From a virus (lineage: Duplodnaviria; Caudoviricetes), in the IMG/VR virus record IMGVR_UViG_3300010388_000214, positions 31,626 to 95,625 of that record: a stretch of DNA of 64,000 bases. One strand, 5' to 3'. Under the pieces are notes generated by a model. The model was not told where the DNA came from. It did not search any database and saw only the letters and a list, made by a program, of their open reading frames with translations. Position 1 is the first letter of the stretch. Each line of letters starts with the position of its first letter. Of the stretch, positions 49,501 to 59,438 are shown piece by piece. Made by a program: the position numbers and the translations under genes.

Positions 49501-51440
49501 TGTCTTTCGGTGGAAGTATCTTCCCAACTGGTAGAGTAAGGATCTATTCAGAACCCAAGTATGAGAATGGTGAGATCAAGGCTGGTGCTGTAGCAAAGCA
49601 TGGACGTGGACAGTTTGGCACTGAGCCAAGAACACACGAGGCAGGACTATCTTCCTACTGGACATCTGCAAGCAATAAGGGTGCTTGCAAGATGGAGTCT
49701 TCATACCTGTTTAACCTTTCCACATCAATTCCAGTAACCTCTAAGACTGGTGCATCTGGCATTGTGGATTCCAAATACCACCCAGTTACCACGGGCATTA
49801 TTAAAAATAATATGTCGAGAAAAGATATATCTGAGAATGATCTTGGCGGAAACAGAATTATTGACGGTACAATTCAGTCGTCAGCTCTTATTCTTAACGG
49901 ACCAAGCTTTGAGGCATCTGAGAGTGCAATCAATTACTTATCTTATGTTCACAAGCCACTAGATAACAGATACAACCACTTTGGTAGCAGACTCAGAATT
50001 ATCGGCAAGCCAACTACATCGACTAACGGAAGTCAGCAACCAGTTGGTGCCATGACCTACCAGACAACCACAACAAAAGATTCATCAGACAAGCTTGCAG
50101 TTACTGGATCTTCTGGCGGTATTGCAATTATGCACGACAAGCTTACTAACCTTGGATACTACTTTGAAATAGTAGCATTAACAGAAAACAGTCTGACAGC
50201 ATACAACAATGCAAGCAGCAAGGTTTACAACATGTTTTTCTACAAGATTGAGCGTGGAGTAAAGGACCCAACAGACAACTTCCCATCTGGAGTTGAAGCA
50301 TTCCCAATCACACTCTGGGCAGGTCAAAGCTCAATCAATGTTGATGATGGTCAATTTGCTGGTCAATTTAAGAGAAGTGACGAAGACGTTCCAACCGTAT
50401 ACGACATTGGTGTTGAATATGTTCAAAAGCCAGACGGATCTCTTCAGTTCTACCTATTCTTGAACAACAAGGTAATCGCAAATATTACAGATACAAGCCC
50501 ACTCCCAGAACGAACAAGTGCTATGTCAGTATTCGTAAGAGGCAAGTCAAAGCTTATGTTTGAAAATGTTTATGCACTATCCCTAAAACAAACTTCTGAT
50601 AGTGTTCAGGCACTAGACTCTCCAGTAGAGTCTGTATTTGGATACGATAAGGAGCGTGCCAACGACTCTCTGTTTAAGTATTCAATTTCGGGTATGGTTA
50701 GAGACACGTACCTATCGGGTATAACCATGGCTGGTGATGTAAAGTACAATCTTTACTACGAAGAATTTGGAACAATTATGCGTGAGGTAGCCTACATGGA
50801 CGTTAAGTATGAAAAAGCATACCCTGCACTTTACGCAAAACTATTGCCAACATTTAGCTCTTACCAAAACTACGTTGTTTCTGGATTTATTGCAAGTCCT
50901 TACGGTGCCAAGTTCCTTATCTTCAACACCACCGATAGCGTTCTTGATCTTAACCTTGAATCGGGATCTGCTTATCTTAGAATTGGTGGAGTTGCCTTTA
51001 CAAGTCAGTCCGAGAATGTCCTGACTGTAGACGACTACTTTGCTAAGACAGCTAACCTGGCTGAGCAAGAGATTAACTCTAGCGGTGGTCTGCAAGCAAT
51101 AAAGAGTAAAGCAGACTATGCAAGTATTAGAAACAGTCGCTTGGTTTATGGCAAAAAAGAGTTTAATCTTAATGCAGCATACATCCAGAGCCAAGACGCA
51201 GCTGATGAAATGATGGGGTGGATGACCAGCAAGATGATGCAGCCAAGAAAGCTAATTGGCATCAAGGCATTCTCAAACCCAATGCTTCAGCTTGGAGATA
51301 TTGTTACAATTGATTATGTGGACGAAAGTGGAAACTACGCCGTGGCAAATCCTAGCGATAGATTTGTTGTTTACCACATTGACTATGCAAGAGAGACAAG
51401 CGGTCCAGAAATGAATGTTTACTTGAGTGAGGTGGTCTAG
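46536..51440 (+). CDS. large tail-tip/hub protein
   Basis: FFDEYNNL; NPMLQLGDIVTI C-terminal motif; synteny. Confidence 0.75.
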   Translation: MFQNTTIAEKIKDSSTLHTQSQVIAEWNLNSFENIKKVGNYRYRPTVSSPTQANFGVIASTYDALDSLNAYTGATDSDIVVDGGYNENHIPQIFLSQDAKKTILYSLEDCFFRFRPRSGINKILYLPGKKINNSGRDMFRRPRYYASSPEDKFKYWTSYRKEAGETQEKFFISKIKVVNTPSVIATFTTSATHSFVVGDKVMIKDGTLQDFKFLPKTYTILSVPTSTTFTVSESAETYSELSGDIVGSGGLAITVTNNETADTVAYITRFSSERGISFPGVVSSVAANYIDDAAPFVVYENQIPANRLVVKMQTNVGQVNYGTFKDGATSYSDPFFGDANKTVPKTWKIQYLNGSNSWVDLQGNGSSLSLTEASVAADGYLQLAYGLIVPSQYVSSFIYAGRFASEAMLPSAAPEGYAYLIQSGTGIGTFHIMVSGDWETFTPVYGWQPESDAPTRLTNYITDLVSPDSFVSESATVYRELQYIKGLRVVVTSMNTPQSTFDLIELSPRIAVDLTDKTSGVDISKGSSDIGSSGLLVSGLVVSSGSLDIFDYDNAFGEYNDESILNIKNDSGVIQYSVATKNLQVKIFDILYDDDGIGYHIPIKTMYADGFPEASTRTREVSITLRDGFFYFESMTAPELLFSASSLSFIIASLMDSIGFTNYQFKRIDKKSDPIIPHFFVRPNVTIAEVLESLALSTQTAIFFDEYNNLTLMSKEYLMPEPADRSVDYVFYGSKDSQKSSDGIIKNQRNSNELANIVEISAKDEEIYNDGKITYSTRSVLKNYSSLKQANLSDADKTWKYQAALLWEVAPEEKTKPINDDGGNSSGYTLSSIPLSSQLTSTLPTTVLGIITAATLSQTTREISYTCNNSFVPGDIVTVTNFTNNIFNVEGFRVKRSTSTSFVVDSRYKESMSADISGVVRSGVTSTAICIKNNILDFGESVVWMGRHKGYFYANGEIIRYDAIEYSVSGIGLVWVTSPTEYKNYFGKMSFGGSIFPTGRVRIYSEPKYENGEIKAGAVAKHGRGQFGTEPRTHEAGLSSYWTSASNKGACKMESSYLFNLSTSIPVTSKTGASGIVDSKYHPVTTGIIKNNMSRKDISENDLGGNRIIDGTIQSSALILNGPSFEASESAINYLSYVHKPLDNRYNHFGSRLRIIGKPTTSTNGSQQPVGAMTYQTTTTKDSSDKLAVTGSSGGIAIMHDKLTNLGYYFEIVALTENSLTAYNNASSKVYNMFFYKIERGVKDPTDNFPSGVEAFPITLWAGQSSINVDDGQFAGQFKRSDEDVPTVYDIGVEYVQKPDGSLQFYLFLNNKVIANITDTSPLPERTSAMSVFVRGKSKLMFENVYALSLKQTSDSVQALDSPVESVFGYDKERANDSLFKYSISGMVRDTYLSGITMAGDVKYNLYYEEFGTIMREVAYMDVKYEKAYPALYAKLLPTFSSYQNYVVSGFIASPYGAKFLIFNTTDSVLDLNLESGSAYLRIGGVAFTSQSENVLTVDDYFAKTANLAEQEINSSGGLQAIKSKADYASIRNSRLVYGKKEFNLNAAYIQSQDAADEMMGWMTSKMMQPRKLIGIKAFSNPMLQLGDIVTIDYVDESGNYAVANPSDRFVVYHIDYARETSGPEMNVYLSEVV

Positions 51441-51442
51441 TC

Positions 51443-52303
51443 TTGGTTAAATCAATTAGACAAGCAGAAAACGATGCGGCGAAAAAGAAAGCCGCTCAAG
51501 CCCAGGCAGCAGCCAACGAACGTGCACTTCAAGAAAGAAACAGGGCGGCAGCAGCCGCAGCTGCAGCAGCAGCAGCAGAGCGTGCCGCACAGGCAAGAGC
51601 CAACGAACGTGCACTTCAAGAAAGAGCAAGAATTGCTGAGCAAGCCGCAGCAATGGAAAGAGCTAGAAAAGCTCAGTTAGCAGAAGATCGGGCAGCTCAC
51701 GCAAGACAGGAGGCACTAACAACTTCTCAACGAGCACCAGTTACAACCGTGTCTCCCCCAGCTCCAAAACCCACTCCTGCAGCAGCTCCTATTGCTCCTG
51801 CTCCACCGCCACCACCTCCACCGCCACCACCACCTCCAGTAAGTCCTGGAAACCAAAGCATTAAGATTGCTACGGCAGAACTGTTTATTAGTGGTGAAGA
51901 GACCGTAGATGGAGAGACCATGTTCGAGAGAACGTTCAGTGACATTGGTAGCTCAGAACTGCTGGAAATTACCAGAACAGATTCAATTGACGGTATTGAT
52001 CAGACATACCTGCCAATTACTGGTCTGGCAAACATGAACATGGAGTATCGTCCCGTGAAGATCATTGCCTTGCAGAACACTGACGCAGATTACTTTAAGC
52101 AGTTTTCTATTCCACTTAATAGGTACACACCTTCCGAGGGTACAGGACCAAACGGTGAAATTGTGTACATCGACACTAATCCTGCAAGTCCAACATACAA
52201 TGGTTTGGTTGTTAATACACTAAGCTTAAAGCCTCTAGAAAGGGTTGAGATCGAGTTTATCTCATTTGAAGAGATATTAAATGATACAATTATAGAGACA
52301 TGA
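51443..52303 (+). CDS. minor tail protein with Ala-rich coiled coil and polyproline linker
   Basis: ORF track; start uncertain; 28-nt direct repeat at 51511-38 and 51598-625. Confidence 0.65.
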   Translation: MVKSIRQAENDAAKKKAAQAQAAANERALQERNRAAAAAAAAAAAERAAQARANERALQERARIAEQAAAMERARKAQLAEDRAAHARQEALTTSQRAPVTTVSPPAPKPTPAAAPIAPAPPPPPPPPPPPPVSPGNQSIKIATAELFISGEETVDGETMFERTFSDIGSSELLEITRTDSIDGIDQTYLPITGLANMNMEYRPVKIIALQNTDADYFKQFSIPLNRYTPSEGTGPNGEIVYIDTNPASPTYNGLVVNTLSLKPLERVEIEFISFEEILNDTIIET

Positions 52304-53952
52304 TTACTAACACTGGAAAATCTATCGTTATTAAATACCTGCTTGGTCAGGCACCATCTTATGCATCATATATTGCTGCAGGTTGTGGACCAAAACCAGT
52401 AGAGCAAATGAGCTTTACCGTTACAGCTAAGGCAATCGAGAGCAATATTGCACGACTTACTGTTTCTCCTCACAACATGCAGATAGGAGATTACATAACA
52501 GTTTCCGATGTAGACACAACTTTTAATGGCATTTACCAAATTTCTGCAAAAACTAGCACAACTGTGTCCTACTCTAAAACAGCAGCAAACGTTGGAACTT
52601 TTTCTAGCCCAATCTCTGTTTCTCCAAATGGAAAGGTTAGCAGAAATTATTCAAACAAACAGTCTCTTGACTTTGAAATGTTTAGAGTTCCTATTACATC
52701 ACGTGGATATGTACAGGAAGATGGAGTCTCTAAGGTTGTTCTTACGGCTAGCATCCCATCCTCCGATAGGTACGAAATCACAGAGCTAGGAATCTATTCT
52801 GCAGCATCCAACCCATCAGCACAGCTTTCAGATAGCAAGAACCTTTTTCTTTTTGTTAAGGGCGAAGGTTGGGAATACCACAATGAATCAGCATCGCTAG
52901 AAATTCCAACGGTAGTTAATAAGCTAGACCTTCAAACAGCAGGCTCTATCTACACAGGTACTGGCCTGGGTTCTGAGATCAATGGAACAGAAGGCACTCT
53001 GGCTCAGCTTGCAGCAAACTGCTTTGTTGCAGATGCGTCAAACAGCACATTTGATGCAGAGTTAAGAGTTGCAAGACAAGAGCGTAGCAGAAACCTGGGG
53101 CCAAGCATTTTTCTAAGGGGAAACTCTTCAGATCTAGTAAAAACAATAGCCATAGATTCAGTTTCCTATACTTCAACAACAGCAACATATACTACCGCTA
53201 AGACTCACGGATTGTTTGTTGGGGATGTAGTTACAACATCTGGTCTTTCTCCTTCTGGGTATAACGGAACCTTTACGGTAACTGGAGTAAATGCTGCCTC
53301 TAAAACTTTTACGGTTGCAAATACCACAAACGCATCAGTATCAGATGGCGTTGGAACAGTAGAGCTTCCAAGATTTTCTGCAGCTTCTGGTGCTCATATT
53401 CACGCAGCAAGCAATATTAATCTTACGCTAGATGAAAACTCCCCAACTGACGAATTGCACGCTGCCTTTTCTGTAGTGAGTGTAAGCTCAACATCAGATG
53501 GGGAATCTTTTGACGCTATTGGATCCGTTCGGGTAATGCTCAGATTTGCAAATAGTCACCAGACAGATCCAGCAATTACAGCGTTTGCACAGATGGATAT
53601 AGACTTGTCTTCAACTGATTACGATTTTGCAACCAATAGATATTTTGTAGCTACACAACAACTTCAAGACCTAAATCGTTACGGAAGCTTTACCTGGAGA
53701 GAAACATCTGTTGTCCTGGCCTATGCTTCTGTACTAGACACAAATGGTGATCCAATGGACGAGTATTATGTAGCTCTTGACGGACTTAGATTGGAAAACG
53801 TTTCATCATTTAATCCATTATATGGATTGACTGGGTACACTATTATTGAAAACTCTACTCAGGGAACGACTGGCACCTATCCAAAACCAATTATTAAGTT
53901 GCCAAACACTTCTAACTTTATTGAGTTTAGGTATTCTCTGGATGTGATCTAA
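52300..53952 (+). CDS. minor tail/baseplate protein
   Basis: MITNTGK..I.KYL, ITELGIYS motifs. Confidence 0.7.
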   Translation: MITNTGKSIVIKYLLGQAPSYASYIAAGCGPKPVEQMSFTVTAKAIESNIARLTVSPHNMQIGDYITVSDVDTTFNGIYQISAKTSTTVSYSKTAANVGTFSSPISVSPNGKVSRNYSNKQSLDFEMFRVPITSRGYVQEDGVSKVVLTASIPSSDRYEITELGIYSAASNPSAQLSDSKNLFLFVKGEGWEYHNESASLEIPTVVNKLDLQTAGSIYTGTGLGSEINGTEGTLAQLAANCFVADASNSTFDAELRVARQERSRNLGPSIFLRGNSSDLVKTIAIDSVSYTSTTATYTTAKTHGLFVGDVVTTSGLSPSGYNGTFTVTGVNAASKTFTVANTTNASVSDGVGTVELPRFSAASGAHIHAASNINLTLDENSPTDELHAAFSVVSVSSTSDGESFDAIGSVRVMLRFANSHQTDPAITAFAQMDIDLSSTDYDFATNRYFVATQQLQDLNRYGSFTWRETSVVLAYASVLDTNGDPMDEYYVALDGLRLENVSSFNPLYGLTGYTIIENSTQGTTGTYPKPIIKLPNTSNFIEFRYSLDVI

Positions 53953-54737
53953 TGGCAATTCCTGACAACATTCAAAGTGTTACAATTCCTGCCAACAAGA
54001 TGCCGTACTCTACATCCGACGGTTTTTACTACGTAAGATATAGGGTTATTACAGAAAGCAAGGACATCTTTTCTACTTGGAGTCCAAAGTTTAAATTACC
54101 AGTGGTTCCAATTTCTTCAATTGTTGGAGAATCATATAGTCCAAACCTAAAGATTGTTACAGATACAAGCAACGTAAAACTTACGTGGGATTTACCAACA
54201 ACAATTAATTTGGAAAATTTTGACGTATACGTAAAGTGGTCAACTCAGGGTGCTGAGCCAACCCTTACTCAGTGGGGCAATATTGATTGGAAGTATGCAA
54301 CTGCGGTGCAAGGAAACAGTGTCTCAGTAAAGATTCCAGCTCAAACCAAAGAGTCTGTGATAACTGGAGTAACATATGACAGCACTACTGCCACCTACGA
54401 AACAACACAGTCACACAACCTTCAGCCAGGAGACAATGTAACCATTACTGGATTGTCTCCACACGGATATAATGGGGTATTTCAGGTAAGCACCGTGAAT
54501 GCTCCTGCTAAAAAGTTTACGGTTCTGAACGACACAAACGAAACGGTAACAGATAGTGGGGGCTTTGTGTCAATCAACACCAGATACTTTAGAATGTGGG
54601 TGCAGGTTCCAACTCAAAGCAAATTCCCAGGAACCGCAGCAAAACTTTTTGAAACAGACACCATCTTTATTAATCAGACAGACTCTATTGATGGTGGATC
54701 TCCAGAGCAACTAGTTATAGACGGCAATTTGCTGTGA
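53952..54737 (+). CDS. minor tail protein
   Basis: coupled; Ig/FN3-like segments. Confidence 0.65.
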   Translation: MAIPDNIQSVTIPANKMPYSTSDGFYYVRYRVITESKDIFSTWSPKFKLPVVPISSIVGESYSPNLKIVTDTSNVKLTWDLPTTINLENFDVYVKWSTQGAEPTLTQWGNIDWKYATAVQGNSVSVKIPAQTKESVITGVTYDSTTATYETTQSHNLQPGDNVTITGLSPHGYNGVFQVSTVNAPAKKFTVLNDTNETVTDSGGFVSINTRYFRMWVQVPTQSKFPGTAAKLFETDTIFINQTDSIDGGSPEQLVIDGNLL

Positions 54738-54749
54738 TATAATTAGTCT

Positions 54750-55196
54750 ATGGCTATTCTACCTCTACCACAACGTGGTCAACCAATTGATTATGACTAC
54801 ATGTATCAGATCACAGAGGCCATTAACAAGGTCTCTACACAGCTTTCCGTTACCAATGCTGGTAACATTGTCGATATTGCTCCAGGTACACCAAGAAAGC
54901 AAGTACCAGTTGGGCAAACTATTATCGTTGCAAAAAAGCACAACCTAAACCTTACAACATCTTCTGCAGCCTCTGTGGACCGAGAGTTTGAGATCCTGTT
55001 TGATATGATGTTTGACTACCCCCCAGTAGTTACAGTAACTCCAAAGAGAAATGCAACAAGTAATGACAGTCAGGTTGACGTTCTAGTAATTACTTCTATC
55101 ACAACTACTGGCGTTAAGGGTGTAATTAACACAACTTCAACTGGTGTTCTTAACGTAGAGCTACAGATGATTGCTGTGGGAATCAAGAACTCCTAG
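54750..55196 (+). CDS. minor tail protein
   Basis: LPQRGQP.D; F..PPVVTVT C-terminal domain. Confidence 0.6.
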   Translation: MAILPLPQRGQPIDYDYMYQITEAINKVSTQLSVTNAGNIVDIAPGTPRKQVPVGQTIIVAKKHNLNLTTSSAASVDREFEILFDMMFDYPPVVTVTPKRNATSNDSQVDVLVITSITTTGVKGVINTTSTGVLNVELQMIAVGIKNS

Positions 55197-55204
55197 GAGA
55201 CCAC

Positions 55205-55735
55205 GTGGCCTCATTTGATAGGGAAGCCTATAACTCTGCACCAGTAATTACTGGTAGCAAAAAGGTTTGGTTCTTAAACGGTGATCTAGTTAGATTGTAC
55301 CACCTGAATAGATCTAACGGCATTGTATCTGTTTACAATATTAATAAAGATAGAATCGAAAGCTGCCTTCTAGGAGACTTTAAAAAAACAAGAGAACGAG
55401 CATACACAGTTATGGAAACTTCTGTTTTGGTAAATAGACATAGAAAGCATATGCCACGACTTATGAAAGATGGAAAGATTCCGCTACCGACTGGGGCAGC
55501 GGTAGACAAAGAGCGTGGCTGGCAGATTAGATCTTACTACTCAGAATCGCAAGTTCACCAGATTCGTGATATACTTGCTACACACAACATTGGTAGACCA
55601 AGGAGAGACGGTCTCATCAATAATAATTCAACTCCCACTAAGCAGGAGTTGACAAGACGTATGGGAGATGGTATTCTTACATATACGAGGACTGAAGACG
55701 GACGGTTTGTCCCTATTTGGTCAGAATCTATCTAA
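55205..55735 (+). CDS. MerR-like HTH DNA-binding protein
   Basis: YTV.E...LV.....G.IP.P....R.YSE..V..I; SD AGGAG. Confidence 0.6.
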   Translation: MASFDREAYNSAPVITGSKKVWFLNGDLVRLYHLNRSNGIVSVYNINKDRIESCLLGDFKKTRERAYTVMETSVLVNRHRKHMPRLMKDGKIPLPTGAAVDKERGWQIRSYYSESQVHQIRDILATHNIGRPRRDGLINNNSTPTKQELTRRMGDGILTYTRTEDGRFVPIWSESI

Positions 55736-55752
55736 TGAGAGAGAGAAGCAAA

Positions 55753-55959
55753 ATGGAAAACGAACAGACTAAGGTGAACGTTACACTTGGTTATACACTT
55801 AACCTAGGTAACTTCCAGTCGCTTCGAATTGACCTGGGTGTAATTGACTCACGTCGTGATGGCGAAAGCATTGAGGATGCGTTTACTCGTGTCTATGGTT
55901 TCGTCGAGGGTAAACTAATTACCAAGATCAATGAAGCTAAAGCTGAAGTAGACGAGTAA
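55753..55959 (+). CDS. small hypothetical protein (start MENEQ; TLNLGNFQSLRID)
   Basis: purine-rich RBS; coupled. Confidence 0.7.
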   Translation: MENEQTKVNVTLGYTLNLGNFQSLRIDLGVIDSRRDGESIEDAFTRVYGFVEGKLITKINEAKAEVDE

Positions 55960-56267
55960 TGGCTGAACGCAAAGACAGGATGGCTTTGCTCAGTAGATAC
56001 AGTAAGTTACATACTTTTCACTACGAAGAGAGGCCATCCTATAACATTAATGTTGAGCAGTGGGCAGCAGATGCCCTGATAGAGTCATACACTCTTCAGG
56101 GTTGTTATGACCTATTGTCTTACTATTTTGAGGCTAGCGAAAATCCTACATGGAAGTATTTCGCTAATTATGCAGATAAGATTATCGATGCTCGTGCACA
56201 GTATGAGAGAGACTTGCAGGAGCGAAAGGAACGTAGAAAATTGGCAAAGGAGTGGCTAAATGGCTAA
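55959..56267 (+). CDS. hypothetical protein, possibly helicase-associated
   Basis: overlaps the dnaB start. Confidence 0.65.
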   Translation: MAERKDRMALLSRYSKLHTFHYEERPSYNINVEQWAADALIESYTLQGCYDLLSYYFEASENPTWKYFANYADKIIDARAQYERDLQERKERRKLAKEWLNG

Positions 56268-57483
56268 TACAGAATCAAAATTAATTTCAGCGGTACTTGC
56301 CGACAAGCAGATTCACGTATTGCTACAAGCCAATGTGGATAAGATTTTAACTACCCACAATGATATTTGGACTTTTGTTCGTAACTATTTTGAGAACAAT
56401 GGAACCGTGCCACCTTCTGGTTTGGTTGTTGACAAGTTCCGTGACTTCGAGCCAGTAGCTGGGGTAGGTGCAACAAAGCACCACCTTGAAGAGCTGCAGG
56501 CAGAGTTCCTGAACGATAGTCTAAAAGATATTCTACGCAACGCCGCATCTGATGTTCAGGGTGGCAAGGGAGTGGAGGCACTAGAGGGTCTTATCTCAAA
56601 GACTTCTGAGCTTAAGAAAGATACTGCAATCATCCGTGATGTGGATGTGACGGACATTGAATCTGCAGTAGCTTACTATGAGAACGTGCAAAAGCAAAAT
56701 GCTCTAGGATCGATTGGTATCAAGACTGGCCTTCCAGGATTTGACAACTATCTTCCTGCTGGTATCATGCCAGGTCAGCTCGGTGTATTCCTAGCCTACC
56801 CAGGTATTGGTAAGTCATGGCTATCGCTTTACTTTGCGGTACAGGCATGGAAACAGGGCAAGTCACCACTCATTATCAGCCTTGAGATGTCGGAGACAGA
56901 GGTTCGTAACCGTGTATTCACAATCATGGGTGAAGGGCTTTGGTCACACCGCAACCTCAGTGCAGGAAACGTAGAGATAGACACTCTTCGTTCGTGGCAC
57001 AAGAAGCACGTTGAGGGAAAGCCAGAGTTCCACATTATCTCTAATGATAGTGGTGGAGAAGTTACCCCCTCAGTTATTCGTGGAAAGATTGATCAGTACA
57101 AGCCAGATCTAGTTATCGTAGACTACCTGCAGCTGATGTCACCAAACCAAAAGTCTGACAGCGAAGTTGTTCGTATGAAGAACTTGTCTCGTGAGTTAAA
57201 GCTTCTTGCTATCTCAGATGAAATTCCGATCATTGCAATTTCTTCTGCTACGCCAGATGACGTTAACAAGCTAGACACCGTTCCAACACTGGGGCAAACA
57301 TCCTGGTCACGCCAGATTGCATACGATGCTGACTGGGTAATGGCACTCGGTAGAGGCACAAATAGTGATATCATTGAATGTGTCTTTAGAAAGAACAGAA
57401 ACGGGTTCATGGGAGAGTTTTTAGTTCAGGCTGACTTTGATAAAGGTTACTACAAGTACAAGGACTATGAAGACAATAACTAG
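56260..57483 (+). CDS. dnaB: DnaB-like replicative helicase
   Basis: AYPGIGKS, SLEM, VDYLQLM, SRELK.LA, DAD, KNRNG. Confidence 0.93.
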   Translation: MANTESKLISAVLADKQIHVLLQANVDKILTTHNDIWTFVRNYFENNGTVPPSGLVVDKFRDFEPVAGVGATKHHLEELQAEFLNDSLKDILRNAASDVQGGKGVEALEGLISKTSELKKDTAIIRDVDVTDIESAVAYYENVQKQNALGSIGIKTGLPGFDNYLPAGIMPGQLGVFLAYPGIGKSWLSLYFAVQAWKQGKSPLIISLEMSETEVRNRVFTIMGEGLWSHRNLSAGNVEIDTLRSWHKKHVEGKPEFHIISNDSGGEVTPSVIRGKIDQYKPDLVIVDYLQLMSPNQKSDSEVVRMKNLSRELKLLAISDEIPIIAISSATPDDVNKLDTVPTLGQTSWSRQIAYDADWVMALGRGTNSDIIECVFRKNRNGFMGEFLVQADFDKGYYKYKDYEDNN

Positions 57484-57497
57484 TTATAATAGGTACT

Positions 57498-57824
57498 ATG
57501 AACAACATCCACCACAAGTCAATAAAAAGGTTCCATCTCGATGGTCACATCCTTGACGACTCTGCTTTTTGGAGACTAAAGGATCAGTATGTTCGGTTGC
57601 TCACAACCAATATGCGAATGTCGGGGTATGTACCAAGACTTGACATACAGCCAGATTTTACATTAGACTATAATCAGGAAAAGCAATATTTTGAATTTGA
57701 ACTATCATTATATGGAATATACTTAGGAAAGAAGCAAAGCCAATGGATCGACGGAGTAGAGGGAACACAAATAGTGTATACTCAGATGAACAAATCAAGA
57801 GAGTCCTCGCAGGTAGTGGAATAA
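57498..57824 (+). CDS. hypothetical protein, 108 aa
   Basis: leaderless after TATAAT; overlaps the primase 5' end. Confidence 0.65.
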   Translation: MNNIHHKSIKRFHLDGHILDDSAFWRLKDQYVRLLTTNMRMSGYVPRLDIQPDFTLDYNQEKQYFEFELSLYGIYLGKKQSQWIDGVEGTQIVYTQMNKSRESSQVVE

Positions 57825-58687
57825 ACATTGAGTCAGAAGTTACTTCGGACTACTTAATCTTCTGCCCATTTCATGGCAACCACAGAACCCCAGCTGGTGA
57901 AGTTGACAAGTCCAGCGGAATCTTCTTCTGCTTTTCCTGTCACAAGGCCTGTGATCTTATTGAATTAATTATGCACACCTCTGGTCGTACATATTTTGAG
58001 GCTGCTAGGTATATTAAGAGTAAAGAGTCTAATAGTACTATTGAGCAGGATATTGACAAGCAGCTCAATCAAGAGCCAGAGTTTGTAGAGTTTGACGAGT
58101 TCACGGTAAAGCGATTAAACAACGCAGCGTTGGAGTCTCCACGAGCAATTCGTTATTACCAGGGCAGATCAATTACAAAAGACTCTGTTCACAAGTTTCA
58201 GCTAGGGTACTCTGACAAGCGTGACATGATTACTATTCCAGTACACTCTCCAGATGGAATGTGTGTTGGCTTCGTAGGCCGTTCTGTGGAGGGTAAAGAG
58301 TTCAAGAATAGTCCTAAACTACCTAAAAGTAAAACACTATTCAATATTCACAGAGTAAAGACCTCTCGTCAGGTTTATGTCGTAGAGTCTTCGTTCGATG
58401 CAATTAGATTAGATCAGTGTGGTATGCCAGCAGTGGCTACCCTGGGTGCTAGTGTAAACAGCACACAAATAGACTTGCTTCAAAAGTACTTCAATGATAT
58501 TATTGTTATTGCTGACAACGATGAAGCTGGAAGTGGTATGAGAGACAGACTTGTAGAAAAGCTTGGACCTCGTGTTACCGTACTGCAACTAGATAAGCAG
58601 TACAAAGATATCGGTGACATGGATGATGAATCTATTAAGAACCTTCGGGTTGGATTTGACAACTCTATCGCCGCTATGCTAAACTAA
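57743..58687 (+). CDS. dnaG: DNA primase (CHC2 Zn finger + TOPRIM)
   Basis: CPFH...CFSC, VES.FD, DNDEAG, KD. Confidence 0.9.
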   Translation: MDRRSRGNTNSVYSDEQIKRVLAGSGINIESEVTSDYLIFCPFHGNHRTPAGEVDKSSGIFFCFSCHKACDLIELIMHTSGRTYFEAARYIKSKESNSTIEQDIDKQLNQEPEFVEFDEFTVKRLNNAALESPRAIRYYQGRSITKDSVHKFQLGYSDKRDMITIPVHSPDGMCVGFVGRSVEGKEFKNSPKLPKSKTLFNIHRVKTSRQVYVVESSFDAIRLDQCGMPAVATLGASVNSTQIDLLQKYFNDIIVIADNDEAGSGMRDRLVEKLGPRVTVLQLDKQYKDIGDMDDESIKNLRVGFDNSIAAMLN

Positions 58688-58723
58688 TATACCCACTAAG
58701 GGAAAATAACAAAGGAGAAACAA

Positions 58724-59377
58724 ATGAGTGTAATTAAAGGGCTAAAGAATATCAACGCACTACTTGATAAGCCAAAGTATGATGAAGATTCACCTCGTGT
58801 TCGCTGGCTCAAGCTAGCTGACGGACAGGCAGTAAAGATCCGTTTCGTTGAGGAACTGGATGAAGACTCTGCCAACTACTCGGAAGACCGTGGTCTTGCC
58901 CTTGTTGTCAAGGAGCACACTAATCCCAAGGACTACAAGCGTAAGGCTGTAGACACCATGGACACCGAAGGCCGTGACTGGGCTGAAGAGATGCACCGTA
59001 AGGACCCCAAGGCTGGTTGGCGTGCACGTCTTCGCTTCTACTGCAACGTCCTCGTTGACGACGGCATTGAAGAGCCATACGTGGCTATCTGGTCAATGGG
59101 TGTAAGCAAGCAGTCTGCATTCAACACTATTCGTGAGTATGCACTTGAGACTGGCAGCATCTCTAACCTGACCTGGAAGCTTAAGCGTAACGGCCAGGGT
59201 ACTGAGACCAGCTACACCCTCATTCCGTCTGCACCTGATGCAGAACCATACAAGTGGGAAGTACAGCCTTACCCACTGGAATCAGCTCTTAAGAAGATTC
59301 CATATGCTGAGCAGGAGGCATTCTACCTCGGGTTCGATAGCCCATCTGGATCAGCAACTTCCAATATCGAATGGTAA
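58724..59377 (+). CDS. single-stranded DNA-binding protein (gp32-like)
   Basis: W.KL.DG..VKIRF, KRNG.GTETSY; acidic/aromatic C-terminus. Confidence 0.7.
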   Translation: MSVIKGLKNINALLDKPKYDEDSPRVRWLKLADGQAVKIRFVEELDEDSANYSEDRGLALVVKEHTNPKDYKRKAVDTMDTEGRDWAEEMHRKDPKAGWRARLRFYCNVLVDDGIEEPYVAIWSMGVSKQSAFNTIREYALETGSISNLTWKLKRNGQGTETSYTLIPSAPDAEPYKWEVQPYPLESALKKIPYAEQEAFYLGFDSPSGSATSNIEW

Positions 59378-59438
59378 CAAACTGGGGGGTCAGCAGAACA
59401 CTGCTGGCCCTCCTATCCTACAAAGAGAGAGAAACTAA

